Translations under genes and position numbers: made by a program
Assembly (NCBI GenBank): GCA_016186425.1
Contig: JACPLR010000009.1
Location: 1 to 61,708 of the forward strand
Length of the DNA stretch: 61,708 bases
DNA from: Candidatus Pacearchaeota archaeon
GTDB taxonomy: Archaea > Nanobdellota > Nanobdellia > Pacearchaeales > GW2011-AR1
Direction of reading: 5' to 3'
In this document: one piece after another, positions 1 through 7,862 of the stretch
Position numbering within the stretch: position 1 is the first letter of the stretch
Layout: each line of letters begins with the position of its first letter
Notes under the pieces: model-generated
What the model saw: the letters and a program-made list of their open reading frames with translations, nothing else
Database searches by the model: none
Told to the model about the DNA's origin: nothing

Positions 1-85
1 AAATTGCATCAGAAATTTGATCGCATACCTTGTCAGGATGTCCCTCCGTAACTGATTCTGATGTAAAGAGATAATTTCTCTCCAT
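1..85 (-). CDS. metK: S-adenosylmethionine synthetase (bacterial/eukaryal MetK type), first 28 codons only; the gene runs off the left edge
   Basis: The reverse-complement of 1-85 translates to [28 protein letters not shown]. This matches the conserved MetK N-terminal motif FTSESV-EGHPDK-DQISDA. Confidence 0.75.
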   Translation of the reverse strand, partial: MERNYLFTSESVTEGHPDKVCDQISDAI

Positions 86-103
86 TTTACAAATTCCATT
101 TAA

Positions 104-364
104 TTAAAGTTCATTTTCAAGTCTAATGAAAAGAACATTATTGCCTCTAACTATAACCCTGCCATAATTTGCAATCACTTTACCATTGCTTATCTCTTCA
201 GCATCAGTCATTATCAAATTCATATATGAATCGACGTTATTCATCTTCCCCTTGTATTCGACTTCATTTTTCAATCTGACTGTTACTTTCTTATTGATTC
301 CTTTTTGTAAAGTTGTCAACGGTCTTTTTGGTTGCGATTGTGACAAACATAAATCACTTGTCAA
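104..364 (-). CDS. Sm-like (LSm/SmAP) RNA-binding protein
   Basis: Sm1-like segment VTVRLKNEVEYKGKMNNVDSYMNLIMTDAEE and Sm2-like segment RVIVRGNNVLFI. Confidence 0.8.
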   Translation of the reverse strand: MTSDLCLSQSQPKRPLTTLQKGINKKVTVRLKNEVEYKGKMNNVDSYMNLIMTDAEEISNGKVIANYGRVIVRGNNVLFIRLENEL

Positions 365-455
365 GCACTGCCTGAGATCGGGAATAAAAGCCTTCCCGAT
401 CTCGGCTTAGATTTGGCATTCTTTAATTTCTGGTATTCTGTAACTTAAAGACCTG

Positions 456-848
456 ATGATTGCAACTGGTATTCAGAAGCTTGATGAGCTTCTTGGTGGT
501 GGTATTAGAGATAGTATTATAACAGACATTTTTGGTCCAAATGGAACAGGAAAAACACAGCTTACACTCCAGATTTGTGTCAATGCTCTTACAAATAATG
601 GAGTAATACTTTATCAAGACACAACTGGTGGTTTTAGACCAGAACGTTTGCTTGAGCGTGTCAAAGCAAAAAATATGGATCAAAAACTACTTGATCGAGT
701 AACTGTAGGTAGAATAACAAACACAGCAGAACAGATAAACTATATTGATAAAATACTAGAAATCAATAACATCTGCCTTGTTGTAATTGATAATGTAACA
801 GATCTTTTTTCTTTTGAATATTCAAGGAAACTTCTAATCCATAATTAG
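456..848 (+). CDS. radB: RadB/RadA-family RecA-like ATPase, apparently truncated just after Walker B (130 aa)
   Basis: Walker A GPNGTGKT and Walker B-like LVVIDNVTDLF are present. The ORF ends in a double TAG TAG and overlaps the convergent ORF by 86 nt. Full-length RadB is about 210-230 aa. Confidence 0.6.
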   Translation: MIATGIQKLDELLGGGIRDSIITDIFGPNGTGKTQLTLQICVNALTNNGVILYQDTTGGFRPERLLERVKAKNMDQKLLDRVTVGRITNTAEQINYIDKILEINNICLVVIDNVTDLFSFEYSRKLLIHN

Positions 849-1038
849 TAGGTTTTGATAATAATAATCCCTCTTTTAGCAGGCTTTCAATGACTTTCCT
901 TACTTCTTTTCTGCTTCTTAAATAATCTGGCAACCCTTTTGGCAAATTATGAATGCTTGTATGTTTATGCATCCACATCCTATGCCTTACAAGTTTTCTT
1001 AAAATAAACCTCTTTATATCGCTTTCAATTTGATCCAT
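763..1038 (-). CDS. Small basic winged-helix-like protein (hypothetical)
   Basis: 91-aa ORF with IKRFILRKLV...NLPKGLPDYLRSRKEVRKVIESLLKEGLLLSKPTNYGLEVSL. The pattern looks helix-turn-helix/wing-like. No family was recognised with certainty. Confidence 0.45.
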   Translation of the reverse strand: MDQIESDIKRFILRKLVRHRMWMHKHTSIHNLPKGLPDYLRSRKEVRKVIESLLKEGLLLSKPTNYGLEVSLNIQKKKDLLHYQLQQGRCY

Positions 1039-1165
1039 TTCTCCTTATAATTAAGCAAGCTATTTAAAACCTATCTTCTAGTAACTCCATTTTAGCAATT
1101 ATTAAAAAATAAACCTAGCTATTTAAAATAGAAATGCTTAAAAACTCTAAATTTCTAATTAATTA

Positions 1166-1513
1166 ATGGAAGAACAAATAGAAGAAAGCAAAAGTATATT
1201 CAGAGAATATTTTGGAGACTCTCCATATATTAGAATACTGGATTTTTTAATTCAAGGCCAGGATTTTGATTACAGCATGACTGAAATAGCCAGAAAATCA
1301 GAAGTAGGATGGAATGTTTTTACAAAGGTTTGGGCTCGTTTGCTTGAAAAAAATATAATTGTTCAAACAAGAACAATAGGTAATGCTAAGCTATTCAAGC
1401 TAAATAAAGAAAATATTTTTGTAAAAAAGCTGATAAAATTTGATCAGGAGCTTACAAAACTTGAAACTGATAATATGTTAAGTAATATTTCTAAAAAGAA
1501 AATTGTGGCTTAA
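1166..1513 (+). CDS. Putative winged-helix transcriptional regulator
   Basis: SPYIRILDFLIQGQDFDYSMTEIARKSEVGWNVFTKVWARLLEKNIIVQTR looks like an ArsR/TrmB-style wHTH core. Confidence 0.5.
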   Translation: MEEQIEESKSIFREYFGDSPYIRILDFLIQGQDFDYSMTEIARKSEVGWNVFTKVWARLLEKNIIVQTRTIGNAKLFKLNKENIFVKKLIKFDQELTKLETDNMLSNISKKKIVA

Positions 1514-1600
1514 AACGAGTTACCATAATAATTCAAAAATTATGCTGAAAATATGTAATATCTTTCCCTGCTTATTTGCTGGAATTAGTAACTTTTTATT
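1514..1600 (+). repeat. Family-A intergenic repeat, deletion variant (5' arm plus hairpin 2/tail, no hairpin 1)
   Basis: aacgagttacc...attcaaaaattatgctgaaaatatgtaatatctttccctgcttatttgctgg aligns to the other A copies. Confidence 0.5.
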
Positions 1601-1626
1601 GATTTTTATAAGATATATGCAATTAA

Positions 1627-2646
1627 TTAAAAAATCTTCTTAAATAAAATCATTCCTTTGTAATACTCAAGCAGGTCAAGTGCCTTTTTATTTGGCTCTC
1701 CAGTAGATATAAATGCCAGCGGCAGTTTCAGCTTCTGCCCTAACTTCATTGCACTGGCTAAATCATTTTCAGTGATTGCCTTTTTCTCCTTGGCAATAGA
1801 TAAATAATTCTTTCCTTCAATGCTGACAACTGCAGAATAATCCTTTTTCTTGAATTTTTCATTTTCAAGAACCAAAATCTTATTTTCTTCCATTAATTTA
1901 AGAACATTTAAAACAAATTCCGGCTTTTCCTTTACCTTTATTTTTAATGTTTTATATTTTCTAACTCTTTTAATCTTAGGTTTTTCAGCTTCTCTTATTC
2001 CAACAGGCTTTTCTAAATCTAATTTTTCTTCAGCTTTCTCTTCCTTAATTTCAAAAATTGGCTCAATTTCTTTTACTCTCTCTACTGCTTGTTTAACTTC
2101 AAGAATCTCAGCACTTTTAACAGGTTGCGCAATAATTTCCTGAACTGCAATAATTTCTCTAGGTTTCTGGACTTTCGGGACATTCTGAACAAGAATTTTG
2201 CCTTGCTCAATAATTTCAATTGCCATTTGTTCGCTGGTTTTTATATATCTCCAATAAAGTTCTCCATTATGTTCAAAAGGAAAAGCAAAATCTTTAATGT
2301 TTCTCAATGCAACCCTCGCAGCAGGAGGAACTTTGTTATCCTGTAGAATCTGGTTTTCTTTTAAAAGATAAAAAATCTCTTTTTCTTTTCCAGAAAGATA
2401 ATTAGCAAACCTATCTAACTGAAATTCCTGGCCACGAAGAAAATAAACAGGTGAATTTCCAACCCTTAAACTACTTATTTTAATCTGCTTGTCAGAAAGC
2501 AGATCCGCAAGAAATGCTGAGGCAATCAAAGGGCTAAGTTTTATATGAGTGGCAATATGGACAGGCAAGCTGGGCCCCCTTATCTCAAGAAACTGCATTA
2601 TTCTATCCTTCTGAAGATTAAGATTATCGCCCCTATTTAATTCCAT
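1627..2646 (-). CDS. Hypothetical protein with N-terminal winged-helix-like domains, a Lys/Glu-rich linker and a C-terminal globular domain
   Basis: 339-aa ORF with good coding character. The N-terminus IMQFLEIRGPSLPVHIATHIKLSPLIASAFLADL looks wHTH-like. Function was not recognised. Confidence 0.55.
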   Translation of the reverse strand: MELNRGDNLNLQKDRIMQFLEIRGPSLPVHIATHIKLSPLIASAFLADLLSDKQIKISSLRVGNSPVYFLRGQEFQLDRFANYLSGKEKEIFYLLKENQILQDNKVPPAARVALRNIKDFAFPFEHNGELYWRYIKTSEQMAIEIIEQGKILVQNVPKVQKPREIIAVQEIIAQPVKSAEILEVKQAVERVKEIEPIFEIKEEKAEEKLDLEKPVGIREAEKPKIKRVRKYKTLKIKVKEKPEFVLNVLKLMEENKILVLENEKFKKKDYSAVVSIEGKNYLSIAKEKKAITENDLASAMKLGQKLKLPLAFISTGEPNKKALDLLEYYKGMILFKKIF

Positions 2647-2766
2647 GATTTGAATAGAAATGCAAGGATTATAAAGTTTATTATACTTTAAAATTATTTA
2701 GATAATATTTTATTATTTTTTAAACATATTATATTTATATATTCCCTTAAATCACTAAACTCAATA

Positions 2767-3140
2767 CAAAGAGTTAATGCCATTCAGGGATAACTATTGC
2801 CGCCATTAAATTAATTTAAATATCTAATAAATCATTTTAAATTTCTCCTAATAAAAGGAAAGTTTCATAAAGAAAAACATTACATTCTAAAGGGAAGCGT
2901 CATAAGAGAAACCGCAGGTGTCTTTTATGTTTCATAAGAAGAACCTTGGCTATTAAAAGGAAAGTTTGATAAAGAAAACCATTGGTTGTCTTTATTATTT
3001 AGTATGGTAATGATTCAGATTTTCAAAATTATTCTGAAATCACACCACATCTCTGCCTTATTTAAATATGCAAGTTTCTGATATTTTATTGCTCAACAGC
3101 TTAATACTCCAACAATTCTATAAGTTATATACAATAAATT
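2767..3140 (+). repeat. Family-A intergenic repeat, long copy whose hairpin 1 is split by a family-B array
   Basis: The 5' arm is gagttaatgccattcagggataactattgccgccattaaattaatttaaata. The left half of hairpin 1 (aaatttctcc) is at 2839. The element resumes at about 2996 with tatttagtatggtaatgattcagattttcaaaattattctgaaatcac... Confidence 0.6.
2853..2995 (+). repeat. Family-B hairpin repeat, tandem array of about 4 units
   Basis: Units include aaaggaaagtttcataaagaaaaac, aagggaagcgtcataagagaaaccgcaggtgtctttta and aaaggaaagtttgataaagaaaaccattggttgtctttat. Confidence 0.6.
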
Positions 3141-3232
3141 AAGGTTAAATTTCTTTAAAAAGAAAAATTTATTATAGTAATGATTCAAAATATCTTAATA
3201 AAATCTTCTTATATACAAACGTTTAATATTAC
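3141..3232 (+). repeat. Family-A intergenic repeat, partial copy
   Basis: Hairpin aaatttcttt-aaaa-agaaaaattt at 3147-3170 is followed by attatagtaatgattcaaaa. Confidence 0.45.
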
Positions 3233-3237
3233 ATTTT

Positions 3238-3277
3238 AAAAGGAAAGTTTAATAAAGAAAACCCTGGTTGTCTTTAT
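3238..3277 (+). repeat. Family-B hairpin repeat abutting a start codon
   Basis: aaaggaaagtttaataaagaaaaccctggttgtctttat ends 2 nt before the ATG at 3279. Confidence 0.55.
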
Positions 3278-3278
3278 A

Positions 3279-3476
3279 ATGAAATGTCCAAGATGTAAAA
3301 ATGAGTTTGATGTCAAGCTTGGTGCAAAGCTTATTTCTAAAGGATGCAAGATTTTAACAGCAATGACTGCTATTGTGACAATACAATGTGAAATGTGTGG
3401 AGCAGTATTTCAGGTTCCAATAGCAAGCAAATCATTTTTAGTTGTTAAAAAAGAGCAAAAAGAAAGAAAAAAATAA
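3279..3476 (+). CDS. Small zinc-ribbon protein
   Basis: Two CxxC pairs (CPRC ... CEMC) in 65 aa, with a Lys-rich tail. Confidence 0.5.
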   Translation: MKCPRCKNEFDVKLGAKLISKGCKILTAMTAIVTIQCEMCGAVFQVPIASKSFLVVKKEQKERKK

Positions 3477-3519
3477 TCTAATAATTAATAAATCATACCT
3501 TTAAATGATTCACCATATT

Positions 3520-3655
3520 AAGTTACCGAAGTCCAATCATTAACCTGCTTCATCTTACTAATGACCAAGGTTAAATCTCTCGCAAAGAGAAATTTATTAT
3601 TGTATAGATTCAAGATCTTTTTGAAAATAATGCAATATCTCCCCCTAATTTTTCC
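3520..3655 (+). repeat. Family-A intergenic repeat
   Basis: Hairpin aaatctctc-gcaa-agagaaattt at 3573-3595 is followed by attgtatagattcaagatctttttgaaaataatgcaatatctcc. Confidence 0.6.
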
Positions 3656-3718
3656 ACAAGAGTTACTATTTTTATTTAATTTTTTATTCCGCATTTATCT
3701 AAATCATATAATCTAGAT

Positions 3719-4294
3719 TCACGGCCGTATCCAGCTTATCTCGTAATAAGTAATATCTCCTTCAGCATCTACAACAGCTACCAGTAAGTTCTTTTTTGTG
3801 CTGTGAGCAACCCTATTTTTAGCTGAAAAATCCTGCCATGTTAACTCAGCATTCTCATTAATAGGATAGAGAATCCAGCGGGCATGCTCTTTTCCAGGCC
3901 TTTGGCCCTTATCATAAACCCTAAAATCAGCTCCGAATTTCAACGCAGTTTTTAATAAATATCCTCTGTTTCTTAAATCTTTGAAAACAATATATTTTAC
4001 TAATATTTTTCTGTCTATCTGCTTACATTTTTCTAATAATTGGTTAAAACTAAGTTTCCTTGTCTTAAAATAAACATCGACCTTACCCCTCTCAACTAGA
4101 TATAAAGCTTCGGAAAGAGAGTAATGAATTTTTTTATTAATATACTCTCCGAAAAGACTCTGGCTATAAATGTCTCTTGCTTCTTTTGCACTGCTTACAA
4201 TCTCGTCTCCGCTAAAAACAGCTTTTATTAGTTTCTTGCTCTTATTTTTGCTATTTTTAGAAACCTTGAATTTTTTAATTAACTTTTTTGTCAT
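3719..4294 (-). CDS. endA: tRNA-splicing endonuclease subunit (EndA), about 190-aa alpha-type size
   Basis: The C-terminal catalytic-domain pattern is RGYLLKTALKFGADFRVYDKG...HARWILYP...AHSTKKNLLVAVVD. Confidence 0.85.
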   Translation of the reverse strand: MTKKLIKKFKVSKNSKNKSKKLIKAVFSGDEIVSSAKEARDIYSQSLFGEYINKKIHYSLSEALYLVERGKVDVYFKTRKLSFNQLLEKCKQIDRKILVKYIVFKDLRNRGYLLKTALKFGADFRVYDKGQRPGKEHARWILYPINENAELTWQDFSAKNRVAHSTKKNLLVAVVDAEGDITYYEISWIRP

Positions 4295-4362
4295 AATAAA
4301 AAAAATAGAAAGAGCTATATAAATCTTATTAAATTAAAAAAATAAATAAATTAAAAATAAAA

Positions 4363-4551
4363 TTATCTTTTCTTCTTGGCAGGCATTCTCTCAGGCATTG
4401 AACTCCAACTATGCTTATGCCATAATTCATGTATTATCAAAAGCACCGAAGCTATTATGATAATCCATTGAGAGTATGTTGTATCCCATAAAGCAAATAT
4501 CAAAATGATAGCTGCCAGGACAATATTCCCAATACTACAATTACACTTCAT
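4363..4551 (-). CDS. Small membrane protein (hypothetical)
   Basis: Two hydrophobic segments in 62 aa. A strong SD (aaaggaggtg) lies upstream of the ATG. Confidence 0.4.
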   Translation of the reverse strand: MKCNCSIGNIVLAAIILIFALWDTTYSQWIIIIASVLLIIHELWHKHSWSSMPERMPAKKKR

Positions 4552-4673
4552 TTCACACCTCCTTTAATAGGTATTATAACAAAAAACCCTTAATAAATCT
4601 AACCCTTTTTGGAAAGAGAAACAAATTATAAGAAAAATTTAAATACCCTAGTAATGACTTAAGCTTATCTAAA

Positions 4674-4901
4674 ATGGGAAGAATAAAATCATCATTAATC
4701 AAAAGAACTGCCAAAACCCTTGTAAAAGAAAATTCTAGTCTAAGCCCTAATTTTGACGAGAATAAAATAACTCTTCAAAAATATACTCTTCCAGATAAAG
4801 GAACTAGGAATAAGATAGCAGGATATATAGTAAGGCTTAAAAGAGCAGGAAATGTTCCTAAGCCTAGAAAAAACTTAGAAAATATCGAGAAAAATGAGTG
4901 A
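4674..4901 (+). CDS. rps17e: 30S ribosomal protein S17e (eS17)
   Basis: MGRIKSSLIKRTAKTLV...RNKIAGYIVRLKR matches the eS17 N-terminal pattern. Confidence 0.85.
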   Translation: MGRIKSSLIKRTAKTLVKENSSLSPNFDENKITLQKYTLPDKGTRNKIAGYIVRLKRAGNVPKPRKNLENIEKNE

Positions 4902-5226
4902 AGAAATGGCTAGAAAGGAGAAAGGAGAAAGGAGAAAATTAGAAACTAATGAAATCTTCATAGGAAACAAGCCATTTATGAAATATGTTATTGCAACAAT
5001 AATGCAGTTAAAAGAAAACAAAAATGAAGAGGACACTGCCATAATAAAAGCAAGGGGGAAATTTATATCTCGAGCAGTTGATGTTGCAGAAGTTGTCAAG
5101 AAAAAATTCAAAGAAACAGAAAATATTGAACTTAAAAATTCTGTTACAATAGGAACAGAGGGGTTCACAAGCGAAGAAGCAAAAAAGATTAATATTTCAA
5201 CAATTGAAATAACCCTAAAAAAATAG
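4894..5226 (+). CDS. albA: Alba DNA/RNA-binding protein
   Basis: NEIFIGNKPFMKYVIA...IIKARGKFISRAVDVAEVVKKKF is the Alba signature. The gene overlaps rps17e by 8 nt. Confidence 0.8.
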   Translation: MSEEMARKEKGERRKLETNEIFIGNKPFMKYVIATIMQLKENKNEEDTAIIKARGKFISRAVDVAEVVKKKFKETENIELKNSVTIGTEGFTSEEAKKINISTIEITLKK

Positions 5227-5448
5227 CTATTTCAATCTTGACTTGCCAAGCTTTTCATTAATTTGTTCTAAATTCTCTAAAATTCTTCTTAAGATGCTAT
5301 TTTTTCTAATGTTTATAATGAGATTAATCAACCAAAAAATAAGATAAACTCCAACAACACCAATAATCACCTTAAATATTGTAATCAAAAAATCAAATTT
5401 ATCTTCAAGAGCACTAGCAATAACTGGAGTTGCATTTTCAATTGCCAT
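5227..5448 (-). CDS. Small single-pass membrane protein (hypothetical)
   Basis: One TM segment, IIGVVGVYLIFWLINLIINI. Confidence 0.35.
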   Translation of the reverse strand: MAIENATPVIASALEDKFDFLITIFKVIIGVVGVYLIFWLINLIINIRKNSILRRILENLEQINEKLGKSRLK

Positions 5449-5542
5449 AATAAACCAAAATAAACTAACTTTAAAAATCTTTACTGAAATTATCTTCTTG
5501 CCTTAAATAGATTTTTAAACACTCCAAAACTGGTTTTTAAAT

Positions 5543-5614
5543 GGCTATATAGCTTAGTGGTAGAGCGCCGCTCTCATAAGGCGGAGGTCCCGAGTTCGAC
5601 TCTCGGTATAGCCA
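5543..5614 (+). tRNA. tRNA-Met (anticodon CAT; could instead be the Ile2 precursor type)
   Basis: Cloverleaf GGCTATA/TATAGCC, D arm GCTT..GAGC, anticodon loop CTCATAA, T arm CCGAG-TTCGACT-CTCGG. No encoded CCA. Confidence 0.9.
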
Positions 5615-5616
5615 TT

Positions 5617-5973
5617 TTATTTAAATCTGCATTTTAAACCATCATCTTTTTTTCTAGGAATCATGTGGAAATGTAAATGAAAAACTTCTTGCTGGGCAAC
5701 TTTTTCATTGCTTTGAAGAATATTAAATCCTTCAGCTTTTCCGTTTTTGATTAAATTGCTGGCTACATCTTTTATTATACTAATTAACTCTTCTCCCATG
5801 CTCGTCGGCATATCAAGAATATTTACATAATGTTTTTTTGGAATTATTAAAGTATGCCCTTCTGAAATAGGATGAATATCTAAAACTGCAAAAAAATTGT
5901 CATTTTCATAGATAAACTCGCTTGGAATTTCTTTTCTTGCGATCTTGCAGAATATGCAGTCTTTATTATTCAT
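5617..5973 (-). CDS. HIT-family nucleotide hydrolase/transferase
   Basis: Histidine triad HLHFHMIP, plus an N-terminal CIFC. Confidence 0.85.
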   Translation of the reverse strand: MNNKDCIFCKIARKEIPSEFIYENDNFFAVLDIHPISEGHTLIIPKKHYVNILDMPTSMGEELISIIKDVASNLIKNGKAEGFNILQSNEKVAQQEVFHLHFHMIPRKKDDGLKCRFK

Positions 5974-5995
5974 AAAAATAAAGAAGAGAATAAGT

Positions 5996-6496
5996 TTATA
6001 ATTGTTTCCTTTCCCAAATCATATTCCCACCCTTTTTCAGGAAATTATCTAAAATAACTAGTTCTTCATAAATTCCTTCAATAAAATCATAATTTTTAGC
6101 ATCACTTAAATCAATCCAAGCAAAATCGGTTAGAGCATCACACAATTTAATTTCTCCATCTTCTGGTTCTGCAAACAAACTTATTATTAAACACGGGATT
6201 TCATCAGGCCTTATATAAACTAAGCTAGTAACATATCCCATATTCTTAATATTCAATCCAACTTCTTCCATAATCTCTCTTTTTAATGAATTTTCAAGTA
6301 CATTATACCAATGTTCGCTAGTATCTTTTTTTCTAAGAGCATAATCTAATACTTCCAGTTTCCCACCAGGAACCGTCCATTTATTTGGAAATGCTTTCTC
6401 CCATTCAGCTCTTTTAGTTATAAGATATTTCCCGTCTTTAACCAAAATTCCTGTTACAACAATGTAATGTATCTTATTTTTATCATACATAATCAA
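5996..6496 (-). CDS. NUDIX hydrolase
   Basis: The Nudix box core is GGKLE...LKREIMEEVGL. Confidence 0.75.
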   Translation of the reverse strand: MIMYDKNKIHYIVVTGILVKDGKYLITKRAEWEKAFPNKWTVPGGKLEVLDYALRKKDTSEHWYNVLENSLKREIMEEVGLNIKNMGYVTSLVYIRPDEIPCLIISLFAEPEDGEIKLCDALTDFAWIDLSDAKNYDFIEGIYEELVILDNFLKKGGNMIWERKQL

Positions 6497-6540
6497 TCAC
6501 AATAAGGCTTATATTTAAAGAATTGCTCAAAAAATTTGAC

Positions 6541-7143
6541 ATGGAATCAAAAATATTAGAGTTATTCTTATATAAAGAAAAAATTAAATTCAATGAGATA
6601 GTAAAAACTCTGAAATTAAGATCTAATAAAGTTGCATATCATTTAAAAAAATTAGTTAAAGAAGGAATTTTAGAAAAGTTCCAAAACGAGTATTCACTAT
6701 CAAAAACCTCTGAAAAATTAATTCCTTATCTATCAAATAAAAAATCTCCATTACCTGCAATTTTAATTAGGATAGGCAATAAAGATAAAGTTTTTCTATG
6801 TGAAAGGGAAAAAAGACCGTTTAAAGGAAAATTAGGCCTTCCAGGAGGAAGATTATTACTAGGAGAATCAATTTCCCAAGCAGTAAAAAGAATAATGAAA
6901 GAGAAATATTCTATAAATGCAAAATTTGATAGAATCAATTCAATAGCTCTAGAGCATGTAAAAGATAAAAAATTAATGGTACATTCCTTTATACTAATAT
7001 TTACTGAAGCTAAAACTAAAGATAAACCACATCTAACCAATATTGAAGAAAATAAAAAAAGGATAATCTCCAGCGATTACCAACTTTTAAAAAATAATCG
7101 GTATTATAAAATTAAGATAAAAACCTTATATTCTCATGATTAA
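6541..7143 (+). CDS. Winged-helix plus Nudix-fold fusion protein (Nudix box partly degenerate)
   Basis: N-terminal wHTH FNEIVKTLKLRSNKVAYHLKKLVKEGIL. The Nudix-like segment is GGRLLLGESISQAVKRIMKEKYS (RIMKEK instead of REUXEE). An alternative TTG start is at 6523. Confidence 0.6.
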   Translation: MESKILELFLYKEKIKFNEIVKTLKLRSNKVAYHLKKLVKEGILEKFQNEYSLSKTSEKLIPYLSNKKSPLPAILIRIGNKDKVFLCEREKRPFKGKLGLPGGRLLLGESISQAVKRIMKEKYSINAKFDRINSIALEHVKDKKLMVHSFILIFTEAKTKDKPHLTNIEENKKRIISSDYQLLKNNRYYKIKIKTLYSHD

Positions 7144-7214
7144 GGGCCTATAGTTTAGTGGTAAAATATTCGGCTGGCAGTCGAAAGATTCGAGTTCAAT
7201 TCTCGATAGGTCCA
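7144..7214 (+). tRNA. tRNA-Ala (anticodon GGC)
   Basis: Acceptor GGGCCTA/TAGGTCC with the G3:U70 identity pair. Anticodon loop CTGGCAG. T arm TCGAG-TTCAATT-CTCGA. Confidence 0.9.
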
Positions 7215-7316
7215 CTTATAATTTTTAAATTATAGAATTGAACAGAGGAGTGAATTCGAAGAAGAGAACCTAGGTTTTGTTTGCTGGAATAACTAGAACC
7301 CGCTAGAGGTTCTAGA

Positions 7317-7336
7317 TTCAATTCTCGATAGGTCCA
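7317..7336 (+). repeat. Duplicated 3' end of tRNA-Ala (20-nt exact copy of 7195-7214)
   Basis: ttcaattctcgataggtcca occurs at both 7195-7214 and 7317-7336. The flanking tctag/tcgag similarity extends the match to about 30 nt. Confidence 0.75.
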
Positions 7337-7339
7337 TAA

Positions 7340-7413
7340 TAAAAAGAACCCACGGTTCTCTTTATGAACTCTCCCTTTTAAATGCCAAGGCTCTTCTTAT
7401 GGCATCTCCTTTA
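7340..7413 (-). repeat. Family-B hairpin repeat, 2 units in reverse orientation
   Basis: aaaaagaacccacggttctctttatgaactctccctttt plus gccaaggctcttcttatggcatctccttt. Confidence 0.55.
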
Positions 7414-7697
7414 AATAACTTAAAATTTTTTTAAAAAATTTACTTTTCTAAAATTTCGCGGAAATAATCAAAAATTATTTACTATTAAAAAATCATAAAA
7501 ATAAATTTTATTTCTCCGTCGGTAAAATTTTCCTGCAAAAAATTAAAAATTTTGAAAAATTCAAAAATCAGTTAAATTTATAAATAAGAATATATTTTAT
7601 AATATAGTAAATTAAATGATATAATTAAAAAATCATTAATTTGCAAAAATACTCGGAGGAAATAAAAAATGGCAAAAAAGAAAAAGAAAAGATAAAT

Positions 7698-7796
7698 AAG
7701 TTGGCCATGACAGGTTTAACCTGTGCAAAAAGAAAATGATTAGCTATACTAATGCTAGAATTAAAGTTGCCTTAACAGGCAGAAAGGACCAACTTA
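7698..7796 (+). ncRNA. Candidate structured RNA (four-way junction); identity unknown
   Basis: A 7-bp closing stem AAGTTGG/CCAACTT encloses three hairpins: ACAGGT-tta-ACCTGT, TAGC-tatactaat-GCTA and TGCC-ttaaca-GGCA. It appears more GC-rich than the surrounding spacer. Confidence 0.2.
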
Positions 7797-7862
7797 TTTT
7801 GGACCTATAACCTATTTATTATTTATTTTATATTTTGATCTTCTACTTCTTAATTATTCTAT

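Noticed and set aside
7801-7809. GGACCTATA at 7801 is exactly complementary to the acceptor 3' strand of the duplicated tRNA-Ala fragment. This suggested a permuted or split tRNA.
   Set aside because: No D-arm or anticodon-arm sequence follows it, the order is wrong for a simple gene, and a 9-mer match could arise by chance. It was kept only as a note under the att-like duplication.
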